This document shows, in pieces, positions 10,136-21,573 of a DNA stretch of 64,000 nucleotides. The DNA is taken from positions 512,001 through 576,000 of the forward strand of contig CAWHTE010000004.1 in the NCBI GenBank assembly GCA_963832165.1, read 5' to 3'. The notes under the pieces were generated by a model. The model did not search any database and was not told where the DNA came from. It was given only the letters and a program-made list of their open reading frames with translations. How positions within the stretch are numbered: the first letter of the stretch is position 1; each line of letters opens with the position of its first letter. Source of the DNA: an uncultured delta proteobacterium. Its GTDB lineage: Bacteria > Myxococcota_A > UBA9160 > SMWR01. Position numbers and translations under genes: made by a program.

Positions 10136-10984
10136 GGCGCCGCGCTCACCGAGCTGTTCTCGATCCGCGAGGGCGCTGGCGTTTCCGACGCGGGCGGCGT
10201 GCTGCGCGGCAAGGCGCTCATGGCGCTCGATGCGCACGGTGCGGATCGCATAATGATCCCGATCGGAGCCGACCGGCTCGCCGTGGTGCGCACGGATGCC
10301 GCGGAGCTCACGATCACGCGGCTCGCGACGATCGACGCCACGCGCTGCACGGCCGAGGTGACGCTAGACGGTGTCGCGCCCGAAGCCGTGCTCGACGGTG
10401 CGGGCGCCGCGATCGCGCGCGCGCTCGACGCAGGCCGCATCGCGCTTGCGGCCGACGCGCTAGGCGCGTGCGAGGCGATGATCGAGCAGTCGGTCGCCTA
10501 CGCGCAGCAGCGCAAGCAGTTCGGGCGCGCGATCGGCTCGTTCCAGGCCGTGAAGCACATGTGCGCCGAGATGATCGCGGCGCTCGAGCCCGCGCGGTCG
10601 CTGCTCTGGTACGCCGCGCACAGCTTCGACGCGCTGCCCGACCAGGCGCCCCAGATGGCCTGCCACGTGCTCGAGCACGTCTCCGAGATCGGTCGCGAGA
10701 TCGCGAGCACGGCTACGCAGGTGCACGGCGGAATCGGCTGGACCGACGAGCAGAATCTGCACTTCTGGTTCAAGCGCATCGCGGTCGCGCGCCATCTGCT
10801 GGGCGGGCCGGAGCTGCTGCGCGAGCGCGCGGCGGAGCTCCAGGGGCTCGTGCTCCCGCCTAGCGTGAATCGGCCACACTTCGGTTTCGTTGCCCTGATA
10901 GAGTGTGCGGCAAGTCGGGGTACGTATGCGCGCGCAGCTATTGCGGTTCTTGGCACTTGGGTCGTGTCTGGTCTGGGGCTCTGA
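10136..10984 (+). pseudogene. 5'-truncated acyl-CoA dehydrogenase (middle and C-terminal domains)
   Basis: GAALTELFS..LRGKALM, YAQQRKQFGRAIGSFQAVKHMCAEM and QVHGGIGWTDEQNLHFWFKR. No N-terminal domain or RBS. Homology begins about 30 nt after the upstream stop and fades after ...ELQGL (~10850). Confidence 0.7.
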
Positions 10985-13900
10985 TCGATCGCGGATCCGA
11001 CCGGGAACGAGAACTGGCTCGCACGCGCCCAGGAGCAGCTCGCGGCGCGCGAGTACCGCGCAAGCGAGAACGGGCAGGGCCTGCAGGCGCCCAACCGCAC
11101 GCACAACCTGCGCACGTACTTCGAGAAGACCGGAATCCGCGTGCACGATCGCACCAGTGCGGGCAGCCCGGAGCTGATGCGTCTCTCACTCGCGGGTGTC
11201 GGACGCGGCGAGGATCTCGCGCCGGCGGCGCCCGGAGAGCGGGTGACCGCCGACGGCAGCCGGGTCGAGATCCATCGGCCTGGTCTGATCGAGTGGTACG
11301 TCAACGCGCCCGAAGGCCTCGAGCAGGGCTTCACGTTCGCCGAGCGACCGAAGGGCGACGGCCCGCTCGTCGTGGAGATCGAGGTTGCGGGCGCGCGCGC
11401 TGACGCTGCTCGGCGATGCGGTGATCTTCGAGACGGAGGCCCAGCGAAAGCTCCGCTACGGCGAGCTGGTCGCCAACGACGCGGAGGACGAGCATTCTGC
11501 CCGCGCACCTCGAGATCGCCAGTACGGATCAGCTGCGAATCGTCGTCGACGATGCCGGCGCGACCTACCCGATCGTGATCGATCCGCTGCTGACCGAGAC
11601 GGAGGACGCGATCGTCTTCACGGCCCAGGGGGCCTCGTCGTTCGGGTTCAGCGCGGCCAACGCCGGCGACGTGAACGGCGACGGTTATGCCGACGTGATC
11701 GTCGGCGCCATCGCGTACGACGACGACCAGTCCAACGAAGGCGCCGTGTTCGTGTACCACGGCAGCGCGTCGGGAATCGATACCGGTGTGGGCACCGAGA
11801 ACGCGATGCTCACGTCGGATGTGAACGGTGGCATCGGCTTCGGCGTCAGCATCGCGGGCGCCGGGGACGTGAACGGCGATGGTTATGCGGACGTGATCGT
11901 CGGCGCGACGGCCGGGAACGCGTCCTATGTGTTTCACGGAAGCGCGACGGGGATCGTAGGTACGAATCCGGCGTCGGCGGCAGCGCAGCTCACGTGTACG
12001 GTGGCGGGTGAGTCATTCGGAATCAGCGTCGCGGGGGCCGGCGACACCAATGCCGACGGCTACGACGACGTCATCGTGGGTGCCTGGGTCTACGACAACG
12101 GTCAGATCAACGAGGGCGCCGTGTTCGTATTCCGGGGCAGTGCGTCCGGGGTGGGGACGCGGACGCAGCTGCTCGCCAATCAGATGCTCGAGTCGAATCA
12201 GGCCACGGCGGCGTTTGGGATCAGCGTGGCGGGCGCGGGCGACGTGAACAGCGACGGCTATGCCGACGTGATCGTCGGTTCGCAGTGGTGGGAGGCCGGC
12301 CCGCTGCCGTCGCCGCAGACGGAGGGCGCCGCATTCGTCTACCACGGTGGTCCCGGTGCCCTGGTGCTCGACGCGACGGTTCGCGGCGGTCAGGCCAACA
12401 TGTGGCTCGGCAGGAGCGTTGCGGGCGCGGGCGACGTGAACGGCGACGGCTTTGCCGACGTGATTGCGGGCGCCCCGAACTTCGACTTCCCCAATGTTCC
12501 CGGCGCCGAAGGCGGCGCATGGGTGTTCTACGGCGGCCCCAATGGCATCGTGAACCAGGTCGCCAGCGCCGCGTTTCCGGTGCTGATCGGAGACGAGGAG
12601 CCGAACGCGCAGTTCGGCAATCGCGTGGCGGGGGCCGGCGACGTGAACGGCGACGGCTACGCCGACGTGACCGCGGCGGCTCCGTTCGACGACGACGCGA
12701 ACCCCGATGAAGGCGCGGTGTTCGTGTATCTCGGGACACCATTGGGAATCTCCGGAGTGCCGTTTGCGAGGGTCGACGGCAACCAGGGGAGCCCGGACTT
12801 CGGCTCGGGACTGGCCGGAGCCGGCGACGTGAACGGCGACGGCTATGCGGACGTGATCGTGGGCGCATCGGTGTTCGACGCGGGCGCTATCAACGACGGC
12901 GCGGCGTTCGTCTACCACGGCGGCGGGTCGGGCCTCGGGTTCGCGAACGTCGTCAGTCCAGGATCCCTCCTCAACCCGGGGGTGAGCAATTCAGACTTCG
13001 GTAGAAGCGTGTCCTCCGCGGACGTGAATGGCGACGGCCATGCCGATGTGATCGTGGGCGATCCCGGCTACGACAACGGCCAGACCGATGAGGGCGCGGC
13101 GTTCGTCTGGCACGGAAGTGCCTCCGGGATCAACGAGCCCGCCGTCGACACGTTGCTGCAGTCCAATCAGTCTGGCGCGTTGTTTGGCAAGAGCGTGTCA
13201 GGCGCCGGGGACGTGAACGGTGATGGCTATGCCGATCTGATCGTTGGCGCGGAGAGCTACGACGCGTTTCCGCCGTTTCAGAATGAGGGCACGGCCTTCG
13301 TGTTCATGGGCAGCGCGTCCGGCATCGCGGATGGCAATCCCACTACCGCCAACGCGCGGATCATCGGGGACTCAACTAACGATTATATCGGCACGAGCGT
13401 CGCGTCGGCTGGCGACGTGAATGGTGACGGCTACGGCGATGTGATCGTCGGCGCTGAATTCTTCGGGGTGAACGACGAGGGCGCTGCGTTCGTCTTCCAC
13501 GGCAGTGCATCGGGGATGTCGAATGTCAGTCCCTACTACGCGGGGACGCACGGGGGGACGCATCTCGTTTCGGACCAGATTGCGCGTATGGGTCATAGCG
13601 TGGCTGGGGCGGGCGACGTGAACGGCGACGGCTACGGCGACGTGCTCGTGGGCGCTCCCGACTACGATTCGCCGGAGGCGGATGGAGGCGCGGCCTTCGT
13701 GTTTCTCGGCAGCGCGTCGGGGATCCCGTATTCGACCCCGACGACAGCGGCGACCCGGCTCGTGTCGAATGCCGCGTCCACGCGGCTGGGCTGGAGCGTG
13801 AGTGGGGCGGGCGATGTCAACGGGGACCGCTACGGCGACGTGATCGTAGGCCGCGAAGGCTTTCTCGGCGCTGCGTACGTATTCCACGGCAGCGCGACGG

Positions 13901-14758
13901 GCATCGCCGACGCAAACGCTGCGACAGCGGCGACGCAGCTCGAGTCTTCCGAGTTTACGTTCGGCGAGAGCGTGTCGGGTGCCGGGGACGTGAACGGGGA
14001 TGGCTACGGCGACGTGGTCGTGGGCGCGCCGTCCTACTTCATCGATGCGGACAGCGAGGGCGTGGCATTCGTGTTCCATGGGAGCGCGTCGGGCATCGCG
14101 AGCGGACACCCTCAGACTGCGGCAACGCGGATCTACGGAAACAACCTGGACGGATTGGCAGCCAGCGTGAGTGCGGGCGACGTCGAACGGTGACGGCATT
14201 CCCGACGTGATCATGGGAAGGCCGGCGAGCTTTGGCCATGCGTCCGTCTTCCTACACTCTTCGCCCGATCGACCCGTCCTCGCGCGCCAGCGGCGCGGCG
14301 ACGGCAGCGGCATCCCAGTGCAGCCTTGGGGGGGGGCGGTGTCCGCGACGAGCTTCGCGGCCGAGCTCCGGGGCAGCCACCCGGCGGGCACCGGCCGCGT
14401 GCGGGGCGAGTTCGAGGCGTGTCCGGCCGGCGTGCCGTTCGGCAGCGGCAGCTGCACGACCGCGCTCTCGCCGGCCTGGGAGGCGCTAGGCGCGTTTCTT
14501 GCTCCCGATATTCTTCTGCCTCACATGTTCAATGCCCTCACGAGCAACAAGCTCTATCGCTGGCGCGCGCGTGTGCAGTACGCGTCGTCGACTGGCACAC
14601 CCTCCCCGAATCCCGCACACGGCCCCTGGCGCAGGCTCGGCGCGCAATCGGTGGAAGCCGACATCCGGCTGCCCGAGCCTGGAATTGTGCTTGCGCTCGT
14701 AAGCGGAGCCGCGCTGCTCGCCGTGCTCGCGCGTCGCCGGAGCCGACCTGTTCAGTAG
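10926..14758 (+). CDS. FG-GAP repeat protein 3, 14 repeats, PEP-CTERM-like tail (4 frameshifts)
   Basis: Joined from ORF pieces 10905, 11141, 11385, 11575 and 14171, with shifts near 10990, 11400, 11490 and 14186. Collinear with protein 2; ends IRLPEPGIVLALVSGAALLAVLARRRSRPVQ. Confidence 0.8.
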
Positions 14759-14771
14759 GCGAGGCTCAGCG

Positions 14772-17700
14772 ATGCGCGCGTGGCTGGTTGCAGTTGGGGT
14801 GGCCGCCGCGTGTCTGGGCCTCGGCCGCGCACAGCCGGATCGCGCGGAGCCGGGCTCGGGCGACGACTGGCTCGAGCGCGCGCAACGTCACCTCGCCGAG
14901 CGTGAGTATCACGCCACCGACAACGGGCAGGGCCTCCAGGCGCCCAACCGCGCGCACAACCTGCGCACCTACTTCGAGAAGACCGGCATCCGCGTGCACG
15001 ATCGCACGGCGGGCGGCAGCCCCGAGCTGTTGCAGCTCTCGCTCGCGGCGGTCGGACGCGGCGAATCGCTCGAGGCGGTCGCGCCCGGCACGCCGACCGC
15101 GCAGAAGGGACCGCGTCGAGATCCGGCGCTCCGAGATCGTCGAGTGGTACGTGAACTCCGCGGCCGGACTCGAGCAGGGCTTCACGCTCGCCGAGCGCCC
15201 GAAAGGCGAGGGCCCGCTCGTCGTGGAGCTCGCGGTCGCGGGTGCGCGGCCTGCGCTGCACGGCGATGCGGTGATCTTCGAGACCGGCGCGCAGCGCAAG
15301 CTCCGCTACGGCGAGCTGATCGCGAACGACGCGGATGGCGACGTTCTCGCCGCGCACCTCGAGATCGCCAATACCGACCAGCTCCGGATCGTCGTCGACG
15401 ACGCGGACGCGACCTATCCGATCGTGATCGATCCGCTGCTCACCGAGACCGCGGACACCCAGCTCGAGGGAGACCAGTCGACGGCACGACTCGGGCGACG
15501 GCGTCGCCTCGGCCGGCGACGTGAACGGCGACGGCTACGCCGACGTGATCGTCGGCGCGCGGCTCTACGACGCCGGGCTGACCGACGAGGGCGCCGCATT
15601 CGTGTTTCTCGGAAGCGCTTCCGGAGTCGCGGACGGCAGTCCATCGACGCCCGGCGTGACGGTGCTCGATTCGAATCAGCAGGCGTCCGACTTCGGTCGG
15701 AGCGTCGCGGGTGCGGGCGACGTGAACGGCGATGGCTACGGCGACGTGATCGTCGGGGCGAACGCCTACGACGCCGGGCTAGGTGCCGCCGGGCGCGGCA
15801 TTCGTGTTTCTGGGCAGCGCCTCGGGGATCGCGAATGCGGATCCGTCGACCCCCGGCGTCGCGCAGCTCGACTCGGACCAGGCGAGCGCACAGCTGGGCC
15901 AGAGCGTCGCGGGAGCGGGCGACGTGAACGGCGACGGCTATGCCGACGTGATCGTGGGCGCCCACTTCTACAACGCCGGCGACGCAGCGGAGGGCGCCGC
16001 GTTCCTGTTCCTGGGCAGCGCGACGGGGATCGCGGACACCACCGCCGCGTCGGCGGCCGCGCGGTTCGAGTCGAATCAGGCGAATGCACTGCTGGGGATC
16101 AGCGTGGCGGGCGCCGGAGACGTGAACGGCGACGGCTTCTCCGACGTGGTCGTGGGCAGCGAGAACTACGGCGGCGGCCAGAGCAACGAAGGGGCGGCAT
16201 TCGTCTTCCACGGCAGCGCATCGGGGATCGCCAACGGGAATCCGGGCACCGCGGAGACCCAGCTCGAGGCGAACCAGGCGACCGCGCTGCTCGGCAGCAG
16301 CGTCGCGAGCGCGGGCGACGTGAACGGGGACGGCTATGCCGACGTGATCGTCGGCGCGCGGCTCTACGACGCGGGAACGGCGGACGAGGGCGCGGCGTTC
16401 GTCTTCCTGGGCAGCGCGACGGGAGTGGCCGACGGCAATCCGGTCACGGCCGCCGCTCAGCTCGAATCCAATCAGGGGACCTCGCAGTTCGGGTCCAGCG
16501 TCTCGGGCGCGGGCGATACGAACGGCGACGGCTATGCCGACGTGATCGTGCGGCGCCTATCAGTACGACGCGGGCCAGACCGACGAGGGCGCCGCGTTCG
16601 TGTTCCGGGGCAGTGCATCCGGAGTCGCCGATGGCAATCCCGCGACCGCGGCAGCCCAGCTCGAGTCGAATCAAGCCAGCGCGCGCATGGGCTACCGCGT
16701 GGCGGCCGCCGGAGATGTGAACGGCGACGGCTACGGCGACGTGATCGCGAGCAGCCATTTCTACGACGGCGGGACCTCCGACGAGGGCGCCGTGTTCGTC
16801 TACCACGGCGGCGCGGCGGGGATCGCCGACAGCGATCCGATCTCCGCGGCAACCCGGCTTCTGTCGCTCCAGGCGAACGGGGAACTCGGCCACAGCGTCG
16901 CCGGGGCGGGCGACGTGAACGGGGACGGCTATGCCGACGTGATCGCGGGTGCGCAGCTCTACGACGCGGGACAGGCGGACGAGGGCGCCGCATTCCTGTT
17001 CCTCGGCAGTGCGTCCGGAATCGGTGACGGGGACCCCTCGACCGCGGCAGCGCAGCTCGAGTCGAACCAGGTCGGCGCGAATCTCGGCTACAGCGTGGCC
17101 GGGGCGGGCGACGTGAACGGGGACGGCTATAGCGACGTGATCGTCGGCGCCCGCTACTACGACGGGCCCGATGTGGACGAGGGCGCGGCGTTCGTGTTCC
17201 TGGGCAGCGCGTCGGGGATCGCGGACGGCAATCCCGCGACGGCGGCGACCCGGCTCGAGTCGAACCAGGCGAACGCGCAGTTCGGCGTCAGCGTCAACGG
17301 CGCAGGCGACGTGAACGGGGACGGCCATGCCGACGTGATCGTGAGCGCCAGCTACTACGATGCGCCCGAGTTCGACGAAGGCGCAGCGTTCGTGTTCCTC
17401 GGCAGTGCATCGGGGATTCCCAATGGCAACCCCGCGACGGCCGCAACCCAGCTCGAGTCGAACCAGGCGAGTTCGGTTTTTGGTTGCAGCGTCGCTTCGG
17501 CGGGCGACGTGAATGGGGACGGCTACGGGGACGTGATCGTGGGCGCCTTTCAGTACGCCGCGGGTCAGACGGACGAGGGCGGGGCATTCGTATTTCTGGG
17601 CAGTGCGTCGGGAGTCGCGAACAGCAATATCGCGACGGCGGCGACCCGGCTCCAATCCGATCAGGCGACCGCGGAGTTCGGCCACAGCGTGGCAGGGATG

Positions 17701-18747
17701 GACGTGAACGGCGACGGCTATTCCGACGTGATCGCGGGCGCCTTTCACTATGACGCCGGCCAGACGGACGAGGGCGTGGCGTTCGTGTTCCTCGGCAGTG
17801 CGTCGGGGATCGCCGATGGGAATCCCGCGACGGCGGCGACGCAGCTCGAATCGGATCAGCCGAACGCGAGCCTCGGCAAGAGCGTGGCCGGCGCGGGCGA
17901 CGTAAATGGGGACGGCTACGCCGATGTGATCGTGGGCGCCTGGGAGTACGACGCGGGCGGGGGCATCCGCCACGGCGCCGCGCTGGTGTTTCTGGGAAGC
18001 GCGTCGGGAATAGCCGACGGCACGTTCGGTAGTGCGGCGGCTCGGCTCGTCTCGAACCTCGAGGACGCGAAGCTCGGCAGGAGCGTGGCCGGCGCGGGCG
18101 ACGTGAACGGCGACGGCTACGCCGACGTAATCGTAGGTGCGCCGCACTACGGCTGGTCTACCGAGGGCGCGGCGTTCCTGTTCCTCGGCAACGGCTCCGG
18201 CCGACCCGTGCTCGCGCGCCAGCGGCGCGGCGATGGCAGCGGGACTCCGGTGCAACCGTTCGGGCTCTCGCACGCCGCGGGATTCACTGCCGAGCTGCGC
18301 GCGAGCCATCCGGCGGGTCGCGGCCGCGTAAAGGCCGAGCTGCAGGCATGCCCTCCTGCCGTCGCGTTCGGAAACGGGAGCTGTACGACGCTCTTCTCGC
18401 CGAGCTGGGTGACCGTGAACGGCGCGACGCCCGACGTGCTGCTCTCGAACACGTTCGCCGGGCTCACGAACAACACGCTCTACCGCTGGCGCGCGCGCGT
18501 GCTGCACGCGCCGTCGACGGGAACGATTCCGGTGAACCCCACGCACGGCCCGTGGCGTCGCTACCAGGCGCAGTCGGTCGATGCCGACGTGCGCGTGCTG
18601 CCCGAGCCGGGCTTCGTGCTCTCGCTCGCGTGCGGCGTCGTGCTGCTCGCCGCGCTCGCCCTCAGGCGCCGAGGTCCTGTCCACCCGATCGGATCAGCTT
18701 CTCGAGACGTGCGAGGCGAGGACCCTCGGGGCCGTCGATCTTCGTGA
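14772..18747 (+). CDS. FG-GAP repeat protein 4, 14 repeats, PEP-CTERM-like tail (4 frameshifts)
   Basis: Joined from ORF pieces 14772, 14326-frame, 15521, 15783 and 16600, with shifts near 15105, 15497, 15785 and 16550. Ends VLPEPGFVLSLACGVVLLAALALRRRG...; overlaps the convergent gene by 86 nt. Confidence 0.8.
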
Positions 18748-19228
18748 GCCAGCCGCGGATGTAGTCGTAGTCGAGCGGCGCGTCGCTGGCGTAGAGAATG
18801 CCGGCGATGTCGCGCCAGTCCTTGTCGCGGCCGAACGTCGCCTTGTAGGTGATCAGGTCTTCGGCGGAGAGGATATGGATCGGATCGCCGTAGAAGTCGA
18901 CGCGTCGGCGGCGTTCCATCGAGCTCATGTGCAGCGGGTCGTAGGCGAAGAACAGGTCGATCGGCGTCTCCTCCCAGAACACGCGCACCTGCTCGTCGCG
19001 CGTGACCTGCTTCAACAATCTCGGGTGGGTCACGGCGGCTCCGAGTTCACGCAGCACTGCGAACACACGCGGCGCTTCCGCGGCCGGCAGGAACACGTTG
19101 AGGTCGATGTCGTGGGTGGCCCGCACGCTGCCGTAGTAGCCGAGCGCCTGGGCACCGCCGAAGGCGTGGGGAATTTCGGCGTCGATGAAGGCGCGCTCGA
19201 TCGCGACGATCTGCTCGTCGAGCAGCAT
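18662..19228 (-). CDS. Pol-beta-superfamily nucleotidyltransferase (DUF6036/AbiEii-like)
   Basis: FGGAQALGYYGSVRATHDIDL (GG.A...G..R.T.DID motif), EETPIDLFF, SAEDLITYKATFGRDKDWRDI. Confidence 0.75.
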   Translation of the reverse strand: MLLDEQIVAIERAFIDAEIPHAFGGAQALGYYGSVRATHDIDLNVFLPAAEAPRVFAVLRELGAAVTHPRLLKQVTRDEQVRVFWEETPIDLFFAYDPLHMSSMERRRRVDFYGDPIHILSAEDLITYKATFGRDKDWRDIAGILYASDAPLDYDYIRGWLTKIDGPEGPRLARLEKLIRSGGQDLGA

Positions 19229-19236
19229 GAGATCAA

Positions 19237-19343
19237 CTCTCGTAGGGCGGATCAGCCCGAAGGGCGTGATCCGCCATTCCGGCGAGCGCGATGGTGGAAT
19301 GGCGGATTACGCTCGCTTCGCTCGCTAATCCGCCCTACGAGAG
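19237..19343. repeat. REP doublet (REPIN/BIME-like), GGCGGAT subtype
   Basis: GTAGGGCGGATCAGCCCGAAGGGCGTGATCCGCC (19242-19275) and inverted GGCGGATTACGCTCGCTTCGCTCGCTAATCCGCCCTAC (19301-19338). The flanks CTCTC/GAGAG and ATTCC/GGAAT also pair. Confidence 0.85.
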
Positions 19344-19830
19344 CTTCGGAGCTGAAGCGCGGAAAGCGCAGGTCGGGCAGGGCGCGCCGCGGGCCGCGCG
19401 AGCGTGCGACGCGGCTGCCGGCGCGGAGCAGACCCCGCAGCGCCTTGCCGCGGCTGGCCTCCGACCGGCCAACCCAGTCGGCCGCTTCGGCGAGATGCTC
19501 GGGCAGCGGGCGCTCCTCGATCGGGGCGAGCGCTTCCTTGAGCAGCGCGGCCAGGCTGGGGTCGAGCGGCTGGCCCGAACGGAGCTCGCCTAGCAGACGC
19601 CGGGCCGCCGAGTGTCTTCGCTCCAGGCTCACCGCGATCCCGCGCGCACGCGCTCGCGCGACGACCTGGCTCGCATCGAAGGGCCGCTGCGCGCGAGTGG
19701 CCGCCTCGTCGAGGATCTCCGCGGTGAGCACGTGCTTGAAGCGCGCGAGCGTGAACTGGCGCGGGCCACGATCGGTGGTCCGGCACTCGCGGATCTCGCA
19801 GAGCTCGCCCTGTTCGCGGATCGAGGCCAA
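19252..19830 (-). CDS. Hypothetical protein upstream of the nucleotidyltransferase; C-terminus runs into a REP doublet
   Basis: TTG start with GGAG RBS; protein-like sequence ending ...RGKALRGLLRAGSRV..LRFPRFSS, then REP-encoded residues. Confidence 0.6.
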   Translation of the reverse strand: MASIREQGELCEIRECRTTDRGPRQFTLARFKHVLTAEILDEAATRAQRPFDASQVVARARARGIAVSLERRHSAARRLLGELRSGQPLDPSLAALLKEALAPIEERPLPEHLAEAADWVGRSEASRGKALRGLLRAGSRVARSRGPRRALPDLRFPRFSSEALVGRISERSERNPPFHHRARRNGGSRPSG

Positions 19831-19839
19831 TCGGGACTC

Positions 19840-19858
19840 CAGTACTATTCAGTACTAT
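19840..19858. promoter_or_regulatory. Tandem CAGTACTAT x2 (10-bp period, each containing the palindrome AGTACT) just upstream of the RBS of the 19830 gene
   Basis: AT-rich direct repeat in GC-rich DNA; promoter/operator role inferred. Confidence 0.4.
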
Positions 19859-20093
19859 CGGTCGGAGCTGCGCGGGCCGCAACCAGCCTCGATCCAGGGC
19901 GGAGGCGGGGCCACGGCAAAACAAGGAGTTGCGAGTGATGTTGCGCGTAGCCCTTCGCGTTCCCCGCCGGAGCGCGCGCACCGGAGCGATCGCGGCGTAA
20001 TGCTCCCGCAGGGACACGCCAGGATCGCTTCAGGCGCGCGATCTCGCTCCGGCTGCGCCCGGGGATTGCCCCTGATACAACCCCTTCCGAGTC

Positions 20094-21402
20094 ATGGGCG
20101 ACCTCGGATTCCGGATCAACGACGCCGACAACCACTTCCTCGAGCCCGAGGACATGTACGAGCGCTACATCGACCCGAAGCATCGGGCGAAGGCGGTGCG
20201 CTTCGTGCGCGACGACTCGGGCCGGCGCGTGCAGATGTACGGGGAGCGCCCCTCGAAGCTCGCGTTCACGCGCGAGTCCGCGCCGCAGACGCGCGAAGAG
20301 ATCGAGCGGCTCGCTGCCAGCGCGGCGCCGCAGAGCGGCGACGAGAGCCAGGCGAAGCCCGGCGACGGCGGGGCGCGCGCGCCCGGGATGTTCCTGAACC
20401 GGCTCAATCCATACCGCGGCTTGAACGAGGAACAGCGCAGGGCGCTCATGGAGGAGTTCGCGGCGCAGCAGGTGGCCTGGGGCGACCGCGACCTGCGCTT
20501 GAAGCTCATGGACGAGCAGGGGATCCACGCGGCGATCCTGTACCCGGGCCACGTGCTGAACCTCGAGTACGAGTTCGCCGACGACGTCGACGCGATCTAC
20601 GCCAACGCGCGCGCGTACAACCGCTGGATTCATGACGAAGTCGGCTACGCGCACGAAGGGCGCATGTTCCTGCCGCCCTATCTCTCGCTCGCGGACGTCG
20701 ACCTCGCGGTCGACGAGCTCGAGCGCGTGCTCGCGGAGGGCGCGCCGCTCGTCGAGGTGATCACGGGCCACGCGCACGGCGGCCGCGCGAACCCCGGCGG
20801 CGGCCGCTCGCTCGCCGATCCGATCTTCGACCCGTTCTGGGCGCGCGTGAACGAGGCGCGCGTGCGCGTGTGCACGCACGTCGGTCCCACGGACTATCAG
20901 AAGTACGGCGCGGATTTCAGCGAAGACCCCGACGCGGTGCTGCGCGACTTCGACGCGTTCCAGTGGGCCCTTTACTGGGGCGACCGGCCCGCGATGGACA
21001 CGGTCGCGTCGCTGATCTTCCACGACTTCTTCGGCCGCTTCCCGAACGTGCGCGTGTGTCTCTCGGAGCAGGGCACGGTGTGGCTGCCGTATCTCCTGCG
21101 CAAGCTCGACGCCACCTATCACCTGGGCCGGCCCGCGCGCTTCGGCAAGCTCGACCGCAAGCCTTCGCGAGATCTTCCGCGCGCACTTCGTGGTGGCGCC
21201 GTTTCCCGAGGAGAACGTCGCGCGCGTGGTCGACGAGGTCGGGATCGAGCCGATCGTGTTCGGCTCCGACTTCCCGCACGCGGAGGGGCTCGCATTCCCG
21301 GGCGATTACGTCGCCGCGCAGCTGGGCGGCTTCACGGAGCCCCAGGTGCTCGCGATCATGCGCGACAATCTCGCGGGGTTTCTGGGAATCGCATCCGAGT
21401 AG
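20094..21402 (+). CDS. Amidohydrolase family protein (Amidohydro_2), frameshift near 21168
   Basis: INDADNHFLEP metal motif, FDPFWARVNE, THVG; after the shift, PIVFGSDFPHAEG. The stop TAG is part of a REP GTAG. Confidence 0.85.
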
Positions 21403-21530
21403 GGCGGGAGAGCGAAGCGATCCCGCCATTGCAACCGCGGCTATGGCGGGATCCGCCTTCGGCTCCTCCCGCCCTACGAAGACAGGAGACTCGTAGGGCG
21501 GGAAAGCGAGCGAAGCGAGCGCATCCCGCC
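21399..21530. repeat. Three REP units (+,-,+), GGCGGGA subtype
   Basis: GTAGGGCGGGAGAGCGAAGCGATCCCGCC 21399-21427; GGCGGGATCCGCCTTCGGCTCCTCCCGCCCTAC 21445-21477; GTAGGGCGGGAAAGCGAGCGAAGCGAGCGCATCCCGCC 21493-21530. Confidence 0.85.
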
Positions 21531-21573
21531 ATTCCAGCCGTTGCGTACAATGCAAGCGAGGCAGGAGGGGATC

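Noticed and set aside
2335..18747. Diversity-generating retroelement acting on the FG-GAP genes
   Set aside because: No reverse transcriptase and no template/variable repeat pair with adenine-specific differences in the window
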